Source: Chloroflexota bacterium
GTDB taxonomy: Bacteria > Chloroflexota > Dehalococcoidia > SZUA-161
Reading direction: 5' to 3'
DNA length: 40,435 nt
Assembly: GCA_034189725.1 (NCBI GenBank)
Contig: JAXHUK010000026.1
Location: forward strand, 1-40,435
Numbering within the stretch: the stretch's first letter is position 1; every line of letters begins with the position of its first letter. Positions 1 to 8,841 of the stretch are shown here, piece by piece. The notes beneath the pieces are model-generated. The model was not told the origin of the DNA. It made no database searches and saw only the letters and a list, made by a program, of their open reading frames with translations. A program made the position numbers and the translations under genes.

Positions 1-1
1 T

Positions 2-181
2 GCCCTGAATGTAAACAACGACCTCAAGCCCTTCTCCTACATTCACGCCTGTGGTATCGAGGATAAGGGAGTAACGTCTATGCGGCAGTTGTTGGGGCAT
101 GAAGTAGATCGTGAAGATGTGATACGCAGTATGATCGATCATTTTTCCCAGGTTTTCGATATGTCAATTATCGAGCAGTAG
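2..181 (+). CDS. lipB: 3' end of an octanoyltransferase (LipB-like); partial, enters from the left edge
   Basis: The frame is open from the window edge to TAG at 179-181. The translation ...HACGIEDKGVTSMRQLLGHEVDREDVIRSMIDHF... resembles LipB C-termini. It sits directly upstream of lipA. Confidence 0.6.
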   Translation, partial: ALNVNNDLKPFSYIHACGIEDKGVTSMRQLLGHEVDREDVIRSMIDHFSQVFDMSIIEQ

Positions 182-203
182 TCGCTCTATAACGAGGAGC
201 ATT

Positions 204-1133
204 GTGGTATCCAGAGAACATCCGTCATGGCTTACACAAAAAATCCCCGATTTCTCAGTTTTCCCAAGAATTAAGGGGTTGCTGGATACAGTGTCCTTGC
301 ATACTGTTTGTGAAGCCGCTCAATGCCCAAACCAGGGCGAATGTTTCGCCTGCGGAACTGCCACCCTGCTCATCATGGGGACTATCTGCACACGCAACTG
401 CACTTTTTGCGCCATCAGCAAAGGACACCCTTTACCATTGGACCCAAACGAACCACAGCATGTTAGCCGGGCAGTGACTTCATTGGGTCTGAAGCATGTT
501 GTTATCACGTCGGTTACGAGAGACGATCTGCCAGATTGTGGTGCCGGGCACTTTGCCAGAACAGTAGCTGCAATTCGACAGGGTAATCCTGGAGTAACCA
601 TAGAGGTTCTCATCCCCGACTTTCAAGGTAACGTGGGGTTGTTGAATATGGTTGTCGAAAGCTCCCCCGATGTTATCGGGCACAATGTAGAAACCGTGCC
701 CTCACTATATCCAGACGTACGCCCAAAAGCTGACTATGATCGCTCCCTCGCTATCCTGCGGGCAGTAAAGGCTAGGAATCAGAACATCGTGACTAAATCC
801 GGTTTTATGCTGGGGCTTGGCGAAAGACACGACCAGGTACTACCAGTGATGAAAGATCTGCGTTCAGCAGGGTGCGACTGCTTGACTATAGGGCACTACC
901 TTTCTCCTTCACCCCAGCATCACCGCGTGATGAGGTATATTACCCCTTCTGAATTTCAGGAGTATCGCCTTACAGGTGAAGAGATGGGGTTCGGTTTTGT
1001 AGCCTCAGCTCCTTTTGTACGCAGCTCATTCAAGGCTGAGGAGATGTATCGATCGATAGCTGCGAAGCAAAGAACAGATAGCAATAATTTCCGGGAATTC
1101 ACTGTTGATCAACTTTCAAGTCGAATGGGTTAA
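204..1133 (+). CDS. lipA: Lipoyl synthase (radical SAM)
   Basis: 309-aa ORF with both LipA cysteine clusters (CEAAQCPNQGEC and CTRNCTFC) and length typical of LipA. Confidence 0.95.
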   Translation: MVSREHPSWLTQKIPDFSVFPRIKGLLDTVSLHTVCEAAQCPNQGECFACGTATLLIMGTICTRNCTFCAISKGHPLPLDPNEPQHVSRAVTSLGLKHVVITSVTRDDLPDCGAGHFARTVAAIRQGNPGVTIEVLIPDFQGNVGLLNMVVESSPDVIGHNVETVPSLYPDVRPKADYDRSLAILRAVKARNQNIVTKSGFMLGLGERHDQVLPVMKDLRSAGCDCLTIGHYLSPSPQHHRVMRYITPSEFQEYRLTGEEMGFGFVASAPFVRSSFKAEEMYRSIAAKQRTDSNNFREFTVDQLSSRMG

Positions 1134-1154
1134 GGGGTAGCCTGTACTCATCAA

Positions 1155-2051
1155 ATGGTTGAACAGAATATGAATGAAGTCAGACAGATAATTCGAATTA
1201 CCCTTTGGGGACTGTTTCTCAACTTAGTCCTCGCAGCACTTAAAGTGGTCGTCGGGATTGTTGTGAGTTCCGCTGCACTTATCGCCGACGCCGTTCATTC
1301 TCTGTCCGACGTCTTCAGCGATATAGTTGTCCTGCTGGGTGTCCGTCTCTCATCACGGCCTCCTGATAAAACCCATGCCTACGGTCACGGAAGATATGAA
1401 ACCATGGCGGCTTCTGTCATCGGAGTGATGCTCATAGGAGCAGGTCTCTTCTTTATCTGGGATGCGTCGTATTCCCTCTACCGGGGTGAAGTCAATATTC
1501 CGGGGTATCCCGTAATCATAGTAGCTCTCATTTCGATCCTGGCTAAAGAGGGGATCTATCAAGTTACCCAGAGAGTTGCCCGCCGTACCAAGAGTTCGGT
1601 TCTCTGCATCAACGCCTGGCATCATCGTTCCGATGCCCTTTCATCGGTGGCCGTGCTCATTGGGGCAATCACTGGATTATTCGGATGGGGCCACGGTGAC
1701 CAGTCAGCAACCATCGCCGTTGGTATACTGATAATCATAGTAGGAATCAACGCCCTCAGGAATACCTTCACCGAGCTAAGCGAAGCATCTATTCCCACTG
1801 ACGAACAGGATGTGATAGTCGAGGCAATTCAAAGCGTGCCCGGGGTCAGAAGCTGGCACTATCTGCGCACCCGACTGGTGGGACGCGAGATATTCATGGA
1901 CGTCCACGTGCAGGTAGATGCCAGGCTCTCCGTGGCTGAAGGACACGCAATCTGCCACGCCGTCGAAAACGCCATCGTGGGAGCTACAGACCGTTCTATT
2001 AATATAGTTGTTCACTGTGAGCCGGAGTCGGATTCCCCTGAAACGAACTAA
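1155..2051 (+). CDS. Cation diffusion facilitator (CDF) family metal efflux transporter
   Basis: 298-aa ORF with several TM helices. It has CDF-type motifs HSLSDVFSD and DKTHAYGHGRYE, plus a C-terminal cytoplasmic domain. Confidence 0.9.
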   Translation: MVEQNMNEVRQIIRITLWGLFLNLVLAALKVVVGIVVSSAALIADAVHSLSDVFSDIVVLLGVRLSSRPPDKTHAYGHGRYETMAASVIGVMLIGAGLFFIWDASYSLYRGEVNIPGYPVIIVALISILAKEGIYQVTQRVARRTKSSVLCINAWHHRSDALSSVAVLIGAITGLFGWGHGDQSATIAVGILIIIVGINALRNTFTELSEASIPTDEQDVIVEAIQSVPGVRSWHYLRTRLVGREIFMDVHVQVDARLSVAEGHAICHAVENAIVGATDRSINIVVHCEPESDSPETN

Positions 2052-2351
2052 GCGTAATCTGGTTGAGAATAACGCCCAGTAATTAAAAGGCGAACTCAGC
2101 GCACAAGAGTTTATCGACAATCAAAGGTGCTCAGTGGTAGAATAGCTAGCAAGTTCAATGTGATTATCTTCTGAACTTCATCAATAGTAGGGATCAGGAG
2201 CAGTAGCTATCAAATATGCCATCATTCATCAGACACCACAATGTAATACCTTTCTGAGGTACAACAGGAAAAGGCCTCTTTCAGTTACCGTACATGAACA
2301 AAACGTTGTTAATCGGAAATCTAAGTTTGTAAGGTAAACAGGGGAGGACAT

Positions 2352-2432
2352 TTGGCTAACTATAACAATCGCTCGCTATTCAGCGAATACTACCTGGAGC
2401 AACTGGTGGGCGAAGATTCGCATTGGAGGTGA
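2352..2432 (+). pseudogene. 26-codon stub resembling the N-terminus of a type IIG/type I-like restriction-modification methyltransferase
   Basis: TTG start preceded by GGGGAGGA. It translates to LANYNNRSLFSEYYLEQLVGEDSHWR then TGA. The N-R-x-LFS-x-YYLE...W pattern is typical of N-termini of large RM enzymes, but here the frame ends after 26 codons. Confidence 0.35.
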
Positions 2433-2438
2433 GAAGAA

Positions 2439-2678
2439 ATGAGATACCAGGACCGAATTGCCATAGACCCTGAGATCATGCACGGCAAGCCAGTTATCAA
2501 GGGCACCCGAATTCCCGTCTATATCGTGCTCAACCTTCTGGCAGGCGGACTTACGTCAGAAGAGGTGCTGGGAGAATACCCTGACCTCGCCAATGAGGAT
2601 ATCCTCGCGTGCCTGGAGTATGCTGCCGAACTAGCACAGGAAGAGGTGGGAATCCTTGAAGCAGAAGGAATTAGATGA
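2439..2678 (+). CDS. DUF433-family small DNA-binding protein (antitoxin-like)
   Basis: 79-aa ORF with IDPEIMHGKPVIKGTRIPVYIVLNLLAGGLTSEEVLGEYPDL, matching the DUF433 pattern. Its stop overlaps the next start by 4 nt. Confidence 0.85.
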   Translation: MRYQDRIAIDPEIMHGKPVIKGTRIPVYIVLNLLAGGLTSEEVLGEYPDLANEDILACLEYAAELAQEEVGILEAEGIR

Positions 2679-3058
2679 GCCTTAAGCTCCTGCTCGATGA
2701 AAATCTACCTCCCCGGGTTGCTACTGAGTTGCGCCAACAAGGTTACGATGTCATGCACCTGAGAGATATGGGCATGAAAGGATGCAAAGATTCGGAGTTG
2801 ATAGCCTTTGCTCGAAAAAACGAGCGTTGTCTGGTCCCCTTAGATGCTGACTTTGCTGACCTTCGTCACTTTCCATTGGGCAGCCATACCGGTATTATTC
2901 GATTAAGGATTAGGTTCGCACATTCAAACATCGTTGTTGGCGCTCTGCGCTCCTTGCTGCCGAAACTTGACCATGTTCCTATGAAAGAAGGTGCTTTAGT
3001 GGTGAGCGATGGCAAGCGGTATCGGGTCAAACTTCCAAAAGAGTTACAACAAGAATGA
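2675..3058 (+). CDS. DUF5615 (PIN-like / Mut7-C-like) putative toxin
   Basis: 127-aa ORF starting LKLLLDENLPPRVATELRQQGYDVMHLRDMG, with DSELIAFARKNERCLVPLDADF. This is typical of DUF5615 partners of DUF433. The starts and stops are translationally coupled. Confidence 0.8.
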   Translation: MSLKLLLDENLPPRVATELRQQGYDVMHLRDMGMKGCKDSELIAFARKNERCLVPLDADFADLRHFPLGSHTGIIRLRIRFAHSNIVVGALRSLLPKLDHVPMKEGALVVSDGKRYRVKLPKELQQE

Positions 3059-3089
3059 ATATCAGGGAAATCTTCAGCGAATTGCTTGA

Positions 3090-3197
3090 CTTCATAGATA
3101 CCCATCTACCCCGAAAGCCAAACTCATCGACCAAATAGTCTACAAGCTCTACGGATTGACTGAGGATGAGATAGCGGTGGTGGAGGGTAGGGCTTAG
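3090..3197 (+). pseudogene. Stub resembling the extreme C-terminus of an RM methyltransferase/type IIG enzyme
   Basis: A short frame ends ...KLIDQIVYKLYGLTEDEIAVVEGRA then TAG at 3195-3197. The ID-x-VY-x-LYGLTEEEI-x-VE pattern is the classic C-terminal tail of such enzymes. An in-frame stop lies only about 35 codons upstream. Confidence 0.4.
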
Positions 3198-3237
3198 TAC
3201 ATTCCCCTAGATGCTCAAAATGGTAATCGTCACCGGA

Positions 3238-4032
3238 CTACTCCTGATTCTGGAATGACCTCACCGCCAGAACTCCCATGACGAGGCCAAACAGAGCGAT
3301 CACCACCACATCGAGGATGATCGGCATGCGATAGCCAAAGAGGTGTATGCCAAACATGGCTGATTCCTGTGACCCCAGAATCACCTGACGCATGGAATCA
3401 ATCCCGTAGGAGACAGGATTGACTTTAACTGCCGAACCCAGCCATGCCGGCAACGCTTGCGGGGGAAACATCGCCGGAGAGAGGAAAAGCAAGGGGAACA
3501 GGAGCAACTGCGCGACCAGTTGAAATGCCTCCATGGTCTTTATCCGCGAGGCGATAAGGAGCCCCATCATATTGAGGGACAATGCCATGATAAACATCAG
3601 TATGATGAGCAGGAGCACATCGATGAGAGAAGGGCTGACATTGGCAAAAGGGATAAATATCAGCATCACCATACCCTGGATGGTGGCAATCGTCGCACCC
3701 CCCAGAGCTTTACCAATAGCTACCGAGGTACGATTGACCGGAGCAACCAGAACCTCTTTGAGAAAGCCGAACTCCCTGTCCCAGACAATGGAGACCCCCA
3801 TCATGATGGAGTTGAACAGCACCACCATGCCGATGATGCCCGGGTACATGAACTGGATGTAGTCGAAGCCTTCGTCGCCGAAACCGCCCATCATACTGGA
3901 TGCGATCCCGGTACCGAACACGACCAGGAAGAGGAAGGGCATAATAAAACTGGTAATCAGCCGGGTCCTGTCCCGCCAGAAGCGGAGCAGGTCGCGATAC
4001 CAGATAATGTAGACCGCTCTAAGATCGTTCAA
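3238..4032 (-). CDS. ABC-2 type transporter permease
   Basis: 264-aa polytopic membrane ORF. It overlaps the stop of the upstream ATPase gene by 4 nt. Confidence 0.9.
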   Translation of the reverse strand: MNDLRAVYIIWYRDLLRFWRDRTRLITSFIMPFLFLVVFGTGIASSMMGGFGDEGFDYIQFMYPGIIGMVVLFNSIMMGVSIVWDREFGFLKEVLVAPVNRTSVAIGKALGGATIATIQGMVMLIFIPFANVSPSLIDVLLLIILMFIMALSLNMMGLLIASRIKTMEAFQLVAQLLLFPLLFLSPAMFPPQALPAWLGSAVKVNPVSYGIDSMRQVILGSQESAMFGIHLFGYRMPIILDVVVIALFGLVMGVLAVRSFQNQE

Positions 4033-5024
4033 TGGAACTTACCATCCCTGCCTCTGGCCTGACGCACCGCCCATTGCATCCGCATCGCTGCCTCCCCACC
4101 TTCTCCCTCACGTATCTCATGCCCGGTGAGCTTTACGAATACATCATCAAGCGTCGGTCGGCGCAAACTTATGCTCTGTAGCCCGCTCTCAAAGTCCTTG
4201 ACCAGAACCGGGATGAACTCTTCTCCGTTTCTCACTTCGAAAAAGACACCCTCGCTATCTCGCTGAGCTTCGATATTGTACTTCCGGCGAATTTCCATCA
4301 GTGCCGATTCGGCGTTGTCCGTCTTCACGGTAACGATATCCCCACCAACCATCGACTTCAAGGCTTCCGGGGTATTCAGAGCAACTATCTTACCATGGTC
4401 GATGATGGCGATCCGATCAGCAACGTTAGCCTCATCCATGTAATGTGTCGTGAGGAAAATGGTGATATTCTCCCGCCTCCTGAGTTCGAGGATGTGCTCC
4501 CAGATATGGTTACGTGTCTGGGGATCGAGACCGATAGTAGGCTCATCGAGGAAGAGCACCTTGGGATAGTGCAACAGACCGCGGGCGATCTCCAGGCGGC
4601 GCCTCATCCCCCCGGAGTAGTTCTGCACCGTATCCTTGCGCCGCTCCCAGAGGTCCACCATCTTCAGTATCTGCTCGATGCGGTTCTTGCTCACATCCCG
4701 TGGGATGCTGTAGACACCGGCGTGAAACTCGAGGTTCTGTAACGCGGAGAGCTTGATATCGAGGCTGGGGTCCTGGAAGACCAGGCCCAGGGACTTCCGC
4801 ACCTGTGTTCGCTGGCGCACCACATCGAATCCATTGAGGATCGCTGTCCCGAAGGTCGGCCTCATCAGGGTACAAAGGATATTGATCGTGGTCGTCTTCC
4901 CCGCTCCGTTGGGACCGAGGAAGCCGAAAATCTCGCCTTCTACGACTTCAAAGCTGACATCATCCACCGCCACCAGGTCGCCGAATCTCTTTGTGAGGTG
5001 TTTCACCTCGATAATATTGTTCAA
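4029..5024 (-). CDS. ABC transporter ATP-binding protein (DrrA-like, with C-terminal extension)
   Basis: Walker A GPNGAGKTT, signature YSGGMRRR and Walker B LFLDEP. 331 aa. Confidence 0.93.
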   Translation of the reverse strand: MNNIIEVKHLTKRFGDLVAVDDVSFEVVEGEIFGFLGPNGAGKTTTINILCTLMRPTFGTAILNGFDVVRQRTQVRKSLGLVFQDPSLDIKLSALQNLEFHAGVYSIPRDVSKNRIEQILKMVDLWERRKDTVQNYSGGMRRRLEIARGLLHYPKVLFLDEPTIGLDPQTRNHIWEHILELRRRENITIFLTTHYMDEANVADRIAIIDHGKIVALNTPEALKSMVGGDIVTVKTDNAESALMEIRRKYNIEAQRDSEGVFFEVRNGEEFIPVLVKDFESGLQSISLRRPTLDDVFVKLTGHEIREGEGGEAAMRMQWAVRQARGRDGKFH

Positions 5025-5049
5025 TCTTTATTCCGAAAATTACATTGTT

Positions 5050-5158
5050 TCATTGCGAGCGTAGCGAAGCGATCTCACTCCCCCCGCCACCGAGATTGCT
5101 TCGTCTCTCCGCTCCTCGCAAAGACAGTAATGAATCCCTGTTTTCATCCTTCGTGGTG
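5050..5158. repeat. Palindromic intergenic repeat element (MITE/REP-like); its right part is copy 1 of a 65-bp repeat
   Basis: cattgcgagcgtagcgaagcgatctc is an imperfect inverted match to gagattgcttcgtctctccgctcctcgcaaag. Positions 5094-5158 recur at 7679-7743 with 3 mismatches. Confidence 0.75.
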
Positions 5159-5223
5159 CCATTAGCTGGCATGGGAGTTTTCCTTATTCTGAAGAATACT
5201 TACAGGTATATTGTACTTCATTA

Positions 5224-6642
5224 TCAGATTATAGGCAAAGAGAACGAGAACGTGCTCCCCTTGCCCATCTCACTCTCAACCCAGATGCTGCCTCCGTGGA
5301 GCTCGACCATCTGTTTAGCGATGGCAAGTCCCAATCCGGCACCACCCTTTTCACGCGGCCGGGCATCATCAACCCGATACAAGCGATCAAATACATGCGG
5401 CAAGTGTTCCTTAGCTATGCCTTCGCCGGTATCGGCAACAGATACCAGTATGTGACCCGCATCAACCGGGTAGCCATCTCTACCAGGCGCAGTGGTCACG
5501 GTAACCACGACACTGCCACCCGAAGGGGTATGGCTCAGCGCATTGTCAAGAAGATTGGCGACAACCTGCTCGATTCGCCTGCTATCTACCATAACCGAAG
5601 GTATCCCCCCGGTTATGTCCGTCGTAAGGCCGATGCCCTTCTCCCGTGCCATAACCTCAGCCTGTGAAACCCGCCGCTGTATCAGTTTTGCCGTATCTAC
5701 GGATTCAACCTCCAGCTTCAATTGACCTGATTCGGCAAGTGCCAGGTCACGCAGGTCAGCCACCAGCCGGGTGAGCAGCGCTGTTTCCTCTTTGATCGAT
5801 TTGAGATTATCCTGATCTGGCTCGTATACCCCATCGAGCATAGCGTTCACAGTTCCCTCAATAATTGATAGCGGCGTGCGCAGCTCATGGGCGATGTCGG
5901 CAAAGAGCCGCTGACGGGCCTGCTCGCTGCTATCGAGACTCGCTGCCATGGAGTTGAATGACTCGGCCAGGTCACCAAACTCATCCTGCGATTCGACTCT
6001 TACCCTGTAAGCCAGGTCACCACTGGCAATACGGGCTGCTCCGTTCTTCAGACCCTGGATCGGCCTGGTAAACTGTCGTGTCAATAACAATCCCAGCACA
6101 ATAGCCACGAAAACCGCCACCACGCCGGCTATCAACAACGACCTATTCACACGTTCAAGCAGTTCCTGTTCCTGCACATCTTGAAAGAATAATGGGGTCT
6201 GAGGTGAAACAGGGCCACCCATCATAGGGCCACGCCCGCGCATCATAGATGAAGACAAGAGGTAGAATTCACCCACCTCATCGCCGGAGACGAAGATGTC
6301 ACGTGTTGATGCCGATAATCCCACTCTTCCGGTAGTCAAGCCCAACCACTGCAAATCCGTATCGCCGACAACAACACCGGAGCTATCCGCTAACACCAGT
6401 CGCTCACCACGCATCATAACGAGGCCATCAAGCAGGTTCTGCACTCCCGTCCAGCTGCCATTATTCTCGTAGAACCAGCCAAGCCCCTCTTCGATTTGAT
6501 CTATATAGTTTCTTCTGCTTTCGAGAACGTAGCTGCTGAATTCACGCGCAGCCCCACGGTTCGTCAGGTATGCCGTGAGACCCACAGAGATAACCACAAC
6601 CGCAAGAAAGGCAAGGGCCAGCTTCCAGCGCAAGCTACGCAT
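5224..6642 (-). CDS. HAMP-domain sensor histidine kinase
   Basis: It has an N-terminal TM, a periplasmic segment, a second TM and a HAMP domain. The H-box is [12 protein letters not shown] and the HATPase motifs are DNALSHT, DTGEGI and [11 protein letters not shown] prefer ATG at 6642, which overlaps the RR stop by 8 nt. The ORF also stays open back to ATG at 6669. Confidence 0.92.
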   Translation of the reverse strand: MRSLRWKLALAFLAVVVISVGLTAYLTNRGAAREFSSYVLESRRNYIDQIEEGLGWFYENNGSWTGVQNLLDGLVMMRGERLVLADSSGVVVGDTDLQWLGLTTGRVGLSASTRDIFVSGDEVGEFYLLSSSMMRGRGPMMGGPVSPQTPLFFQDVQEQELLERVNRSLLIAGVVAVFVAIVLGLLLTRQFTRPIQGLKNGAARIASGDLAYRVRVESQDEFGDLAESFNSMAASLDSSEQARQRLFADIAHELRTPLSIIEGTVNAMLDGVYEPDQDNLKSIKEETALLTRLVADLRDLALAESGQLKLEVESVDTAKLIQRRVSQAEVMAREKGIGLTTDITGGIPSVMVDSRRIEQVVANLLDNALSHTPSGGSVVVTVTTAPGRDGYPVDAGHILVSVADTGEGIAKEHLPHVFDRLYRVDDARPREKGGAGLGLAIAKQMVELHGGSIWVESEMGKGSTFSFSLPII

Positions 6643-7330
6643 CGGTATCTCCCCCAAGTTTGTAGCCAACTCCCCGTACCGTTAGTACATACCTCGGCCG
6701 ATCGGGATCGGGCTCCACCTTCTTGCGCAGATTCTTTATGTGGCTATCTATCGTACGCTCATAGCCCTCATAGGCATCACCAAGAACTCGATCCAGCAAT
6801 TGGAGGCGACTGAATACACGACCCGGAGCCTCAGCCAAGACCTTAAGAAGCTCGAATTCAGTAGGAGTGAGTTCAATGAGCTCATTGCCACGCCTCACCT
6901 CATGCCGCTCCAGATCGATACTCAATTCGGCGAACTCGACAATCTTTCGTTTTTCGGATGTGCCCTCTACACGGCGCAGGACTGCCCTCACCCGCGAGAG
7001 CAGCTCTTTGGGATTGAACGGCTTGGTAACGTAATCATCCGCCCCCAGTTCGAGGCCAACTATTTTGTCCGTATCCTCATCGCGAGCCGTCAGCATGATT
7101 ATCGGCACCTTGGATTCCGCGCGAAGCGTGCGACATACGTCCCAACCTGAGACCTCGGGGAGCATGAGATCGAGAATGATAAGGTCAGGTGATTGGCTCC
7201 GAGCCATGGTAAGTGCTTCCCTTCCATCGTAGGCAACGACGACCTTGTAGCCATCCTTTTCCAGATACGCCTTCACGATATCAACGATCTTCTTTTCATC
7301 ATCAACGACAAGTACCTTATTTCGCGCCAT
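6635..7330 (-). CDS. OmpR/PhoB-family response regulator
   Basis: REC domain (VLVVDDEKK...[14 protein letters not shown]...KP) plus a winged-helix output domain ([21 protein letters not shown]...VRGVGYKL). I prefer ATG at 7330. The ORF stays open back to 7357. Confidence 0.93.
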   Translation of the reverse strand: MARNKVLVVDDEKKIVDIVKAYLEKDGYKVVVAYDGREALTMARSQSPDLIILDLMLPEVSGWDVCRTLRAESKVPIIMLTARDEDTDKIVGLELGADDYVTKPFNPKELLSRVRAVLRRVEGTSEKRKIVEFAELSIDLERHEVRRGNELIELTPTEFELLKVLAEAPGRVFSRLQLLDRVLGDAYEGYERTIDSHIKNLRKKVEPDPDRPRYVLTVRGVGYKLGGDTDA

Positions 7331-7477
7331 GAGAAATCCAGTCCAATCTGCCTCCAATCATTCACTGGTGGGCAGTAGCCGTAGATATTTAGTCTGCACC
7401 AATTCTCGCTTCCCCAGGGATAATTGTCAAACAGTCACTACATTCCCGGAAAGCTTTTCGCTTTTTCAGACTCCTGG

Positions 7478-7497
7478 ACTCCTGCTTTCGCAGGAGT
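7478..7497. repeat. Short perfect hairpin repeat unit (actcctgc-tttc-gcaggagt)
   Basis: 8-bp perfect stem. It is part of the intergenic palindrome cluster upstream of the response regulator. Confidence 0.6.
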
Positions 7498-7507
7498 GAC
7501 ATTACCA

Positions 7508-7614
7508 TGTCATTCTGAGGGAGCACTTCGGCTTCGCTCAGTGTAAATTCCGCGACCGAAGAATCTCCCCGTATTATAAGAGCAGAGATTCTTCGCCTGT
7601 AGCTCAGAATGACA
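7508..7614. repeat. MITE-like element of about 107 bp with 12-bp terminal inverted repeats
   Basis: tgtcattctgag (7508-7519) matches ctcagaatgaca (7603-7614). There is a nested inner inverted repeat, gaagaatctc and gagattcttc. No credible coding capacity. Confidence 0.65.
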
Positions 7615-7678
7615 TAGGGGTATGTGGTGGGTAGCCTGGAGCATCCACTCCAGCGTTATCGGATCCTTACGCATCCTG

Positions 7679-7743
7679 GATTGCTTCGTCGCTCCGCTCC
7701 TCGCAAAGACAGTAATGAATCCCCGTTTTCATCCTCCGTGGTG
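7679..7743. repeat. Copy 2 of the 65-bp repeat (direct orientation relative to 5094-5158)
   Basis: gattgcttcgtcgctccgctcctcgcaaagacagtaatgaatccccgttttcatcctccgtggtg differs at 3 positions from 5094-5158. Confidence 0.85.
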
Positions 7744-7760
7744 TCGATGGCAAATCGGCG

Positions 7761-7792
7761 TGGACGATTCCTGCGAAAGCGGGAATCGTCCA
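7761..7792. repeat. Hairpin repeat unit (11-bp stem tggacgattcc / ggaatcgtcca)
   Basis: Perfect inverted repeat around a 10-nt loop, in the same palindrome cluster. Confidence 0.6.
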
Positions 7793-7845
7793 GTAATAAA
7801 TAGTGCGCTTGAACGCCAACCACCACATCCTCCTTTTAGTAAGCA

Positions 7846-7874
7846 AAGAGGCGGCCCCGAACGAGACGCCTCTT
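7846..7874 (-). terminator. Possible intrinsic terminator downstream of the 7953-8795 gene
   Basis: 8-bp stem aagaggcg / cgcctctt with a 13-nt loop. T-rich stretches flank it on both strands. Confidence 0.35.
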
Positions 7875-7952
7875 CTTTCTACCGCAGGAGCAGCACCCTG
7901 CTGAGACTGTCATTATGGAGAGCCACTCCTGCGGGTATCTTTCAGCCAGTAT

Positions 7953-8795
7953 CTACCTGAGGCCATTTCCGCAACCACCCCGCGGACCAAATTGCCCCAT
8001 GTGGTTAGGGCCAAAGCCCTGCCCAGGATTACCGGTACCAATACCGGGCTTGCCTCCAAACGGGCCAACCTCTGTGTTATTCAAAATGCCGGAGACATTC
8101 TCCTGAAACCGTTGCATTTGCGCATTGACCCTCTGCTGCAGGGTTTCCTCTGCCCCAGCAAGCACCGTATCTGTCAACGTCTGTTCGTCGACACCCTGCG
8201 CTGCCGCTATCTCCACCAGGCTCATGCCCTCCAGCCGCTGCTCCCTGATCTCCTCAGGACTCAGTCCCAGCAACTCACTCACCGCATCACCCCAGGCTCC
8301 CATCCCCAAGGGGCCAAGCCCACAGTGTCGAATCCGGCGGGGACCGAAATCTGTACTGTTCAATCTATCGGAGATATTCTCCTGCATCCGCTCCAGTATA
8401 GCGTCAGCTTGCTCCTGGGTGATAACCCCATCGCTTACATTCTGCTGCAGGGCTTCCTCTGCCTCAGCAAGCACTGTATCAGTCAACGTCTGCTCATCCA
8501 CACCCTGCGCTGCTGCTATCTCCACCAGGCTCATGCCCTCCAGCCGCTGCTCCTTGATCTCCTCAGAACTCAGCCCCAGCAGATCACACACCGCTTCGCC
8601 GCATCGTATCACACCTGGCCCTTCGAAGTTTCGACCCTGATGAAGCCCGGCACCCCATCGGTTCTCAAAGGTACCATCACCTTTTTGAGGGGAATCAGCG
8701 AACGCTGCACTGCTAACGAGGCCAACGACCAGAGCCACAACTACAAGTATTCCCACTCCAGTCCACAGCTTGAATTTCTTACTCATCTCGTTCAC
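7953..8795 (-). CDS. Secreted or membrane-anchored protein with two copies of a helical module of about 50 aa and a Gly/Pro-rich tail; function unknown
   Basis: N-terminal signal/anchor KFKLWTGVGILVVVALVVGLVSSAAFA. The module LLGLSxEEIxEQRLEGMSLVEIAAAQGVDEQTLTDTVLAxAEExLQQ occurs twice. The C-terminus is GPFGGKPGIGTGNPGQGFGPNHMGQFGPRGG. Confidence 0.8.
   Translation of the reverse strand: MNEMSKKFKLWTGVGILVVVALVVGLVSSAAFADSPQKGDGTFENRWGAGLHQGRNFEGPGVIRCGEAVCDLLGLSSEEIKEQRLEGMSLVEIAAAQGVDEQTLTDTVLAEAEEALQQNVSDGVITQEQADAILERMQENISDRLNSTDFGPRRIRHCGLGPLGMGAWGDAVSELLGLSPEEIREQRLEGMSLVEIAAAQGVDEQTLTDTVLAGAEETLQQRVNAQMQRFQENVSGILNNTEVGPFGGKPGIGTGNPGQGFGPNHMGQFGPRGGCGNGLR
8132..8594. repeat. Intragenic duplication: about 154 bp at 8132-8285 repeated at 8441-8594
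   Basis: The two DNA segments are near-identical and offset by 309 bp (103 codons). They encode the duplicated protein module. Confidence 0.85.
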
Positions 8796-8841
8796 CTCCT
8801 TTCTTTGATACTATGAAGTTGTCCTGCAACCTCATAGTTGT

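Noticed and set aside
2129-2146. tRNA-like D-arm string gctcagtggtagaatagc
   Set aside because: I could find no acceptor stem, anticodon arm or T-loop (GGTTCGAATCC-like) around it. It does not fold into a cloverleaf by eye.
5045-5455. ORFs 5045-5455 and 7622-7960 running through the intergenic repeat elements
   Set aside because: Their only notable peptides (…RLLRLSAPRKDSNE…, …CFVAPLLAKT…) are translations of the palindromic repeats. The rest overlaps real genes in antisense.
7992-8816. Long plus-strand ORFs antisense to real genes, for example 7992-8816, 8125-8640, 3457-4062, 8912-9751, 10200-10769, 21625-22047, 22054-22545 and 27208-27551
   Set aside because: They mirror well-supported minus-strand genes and have low-complexity or biased composition with no recognisable motifs. 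They are shadow ORFs.
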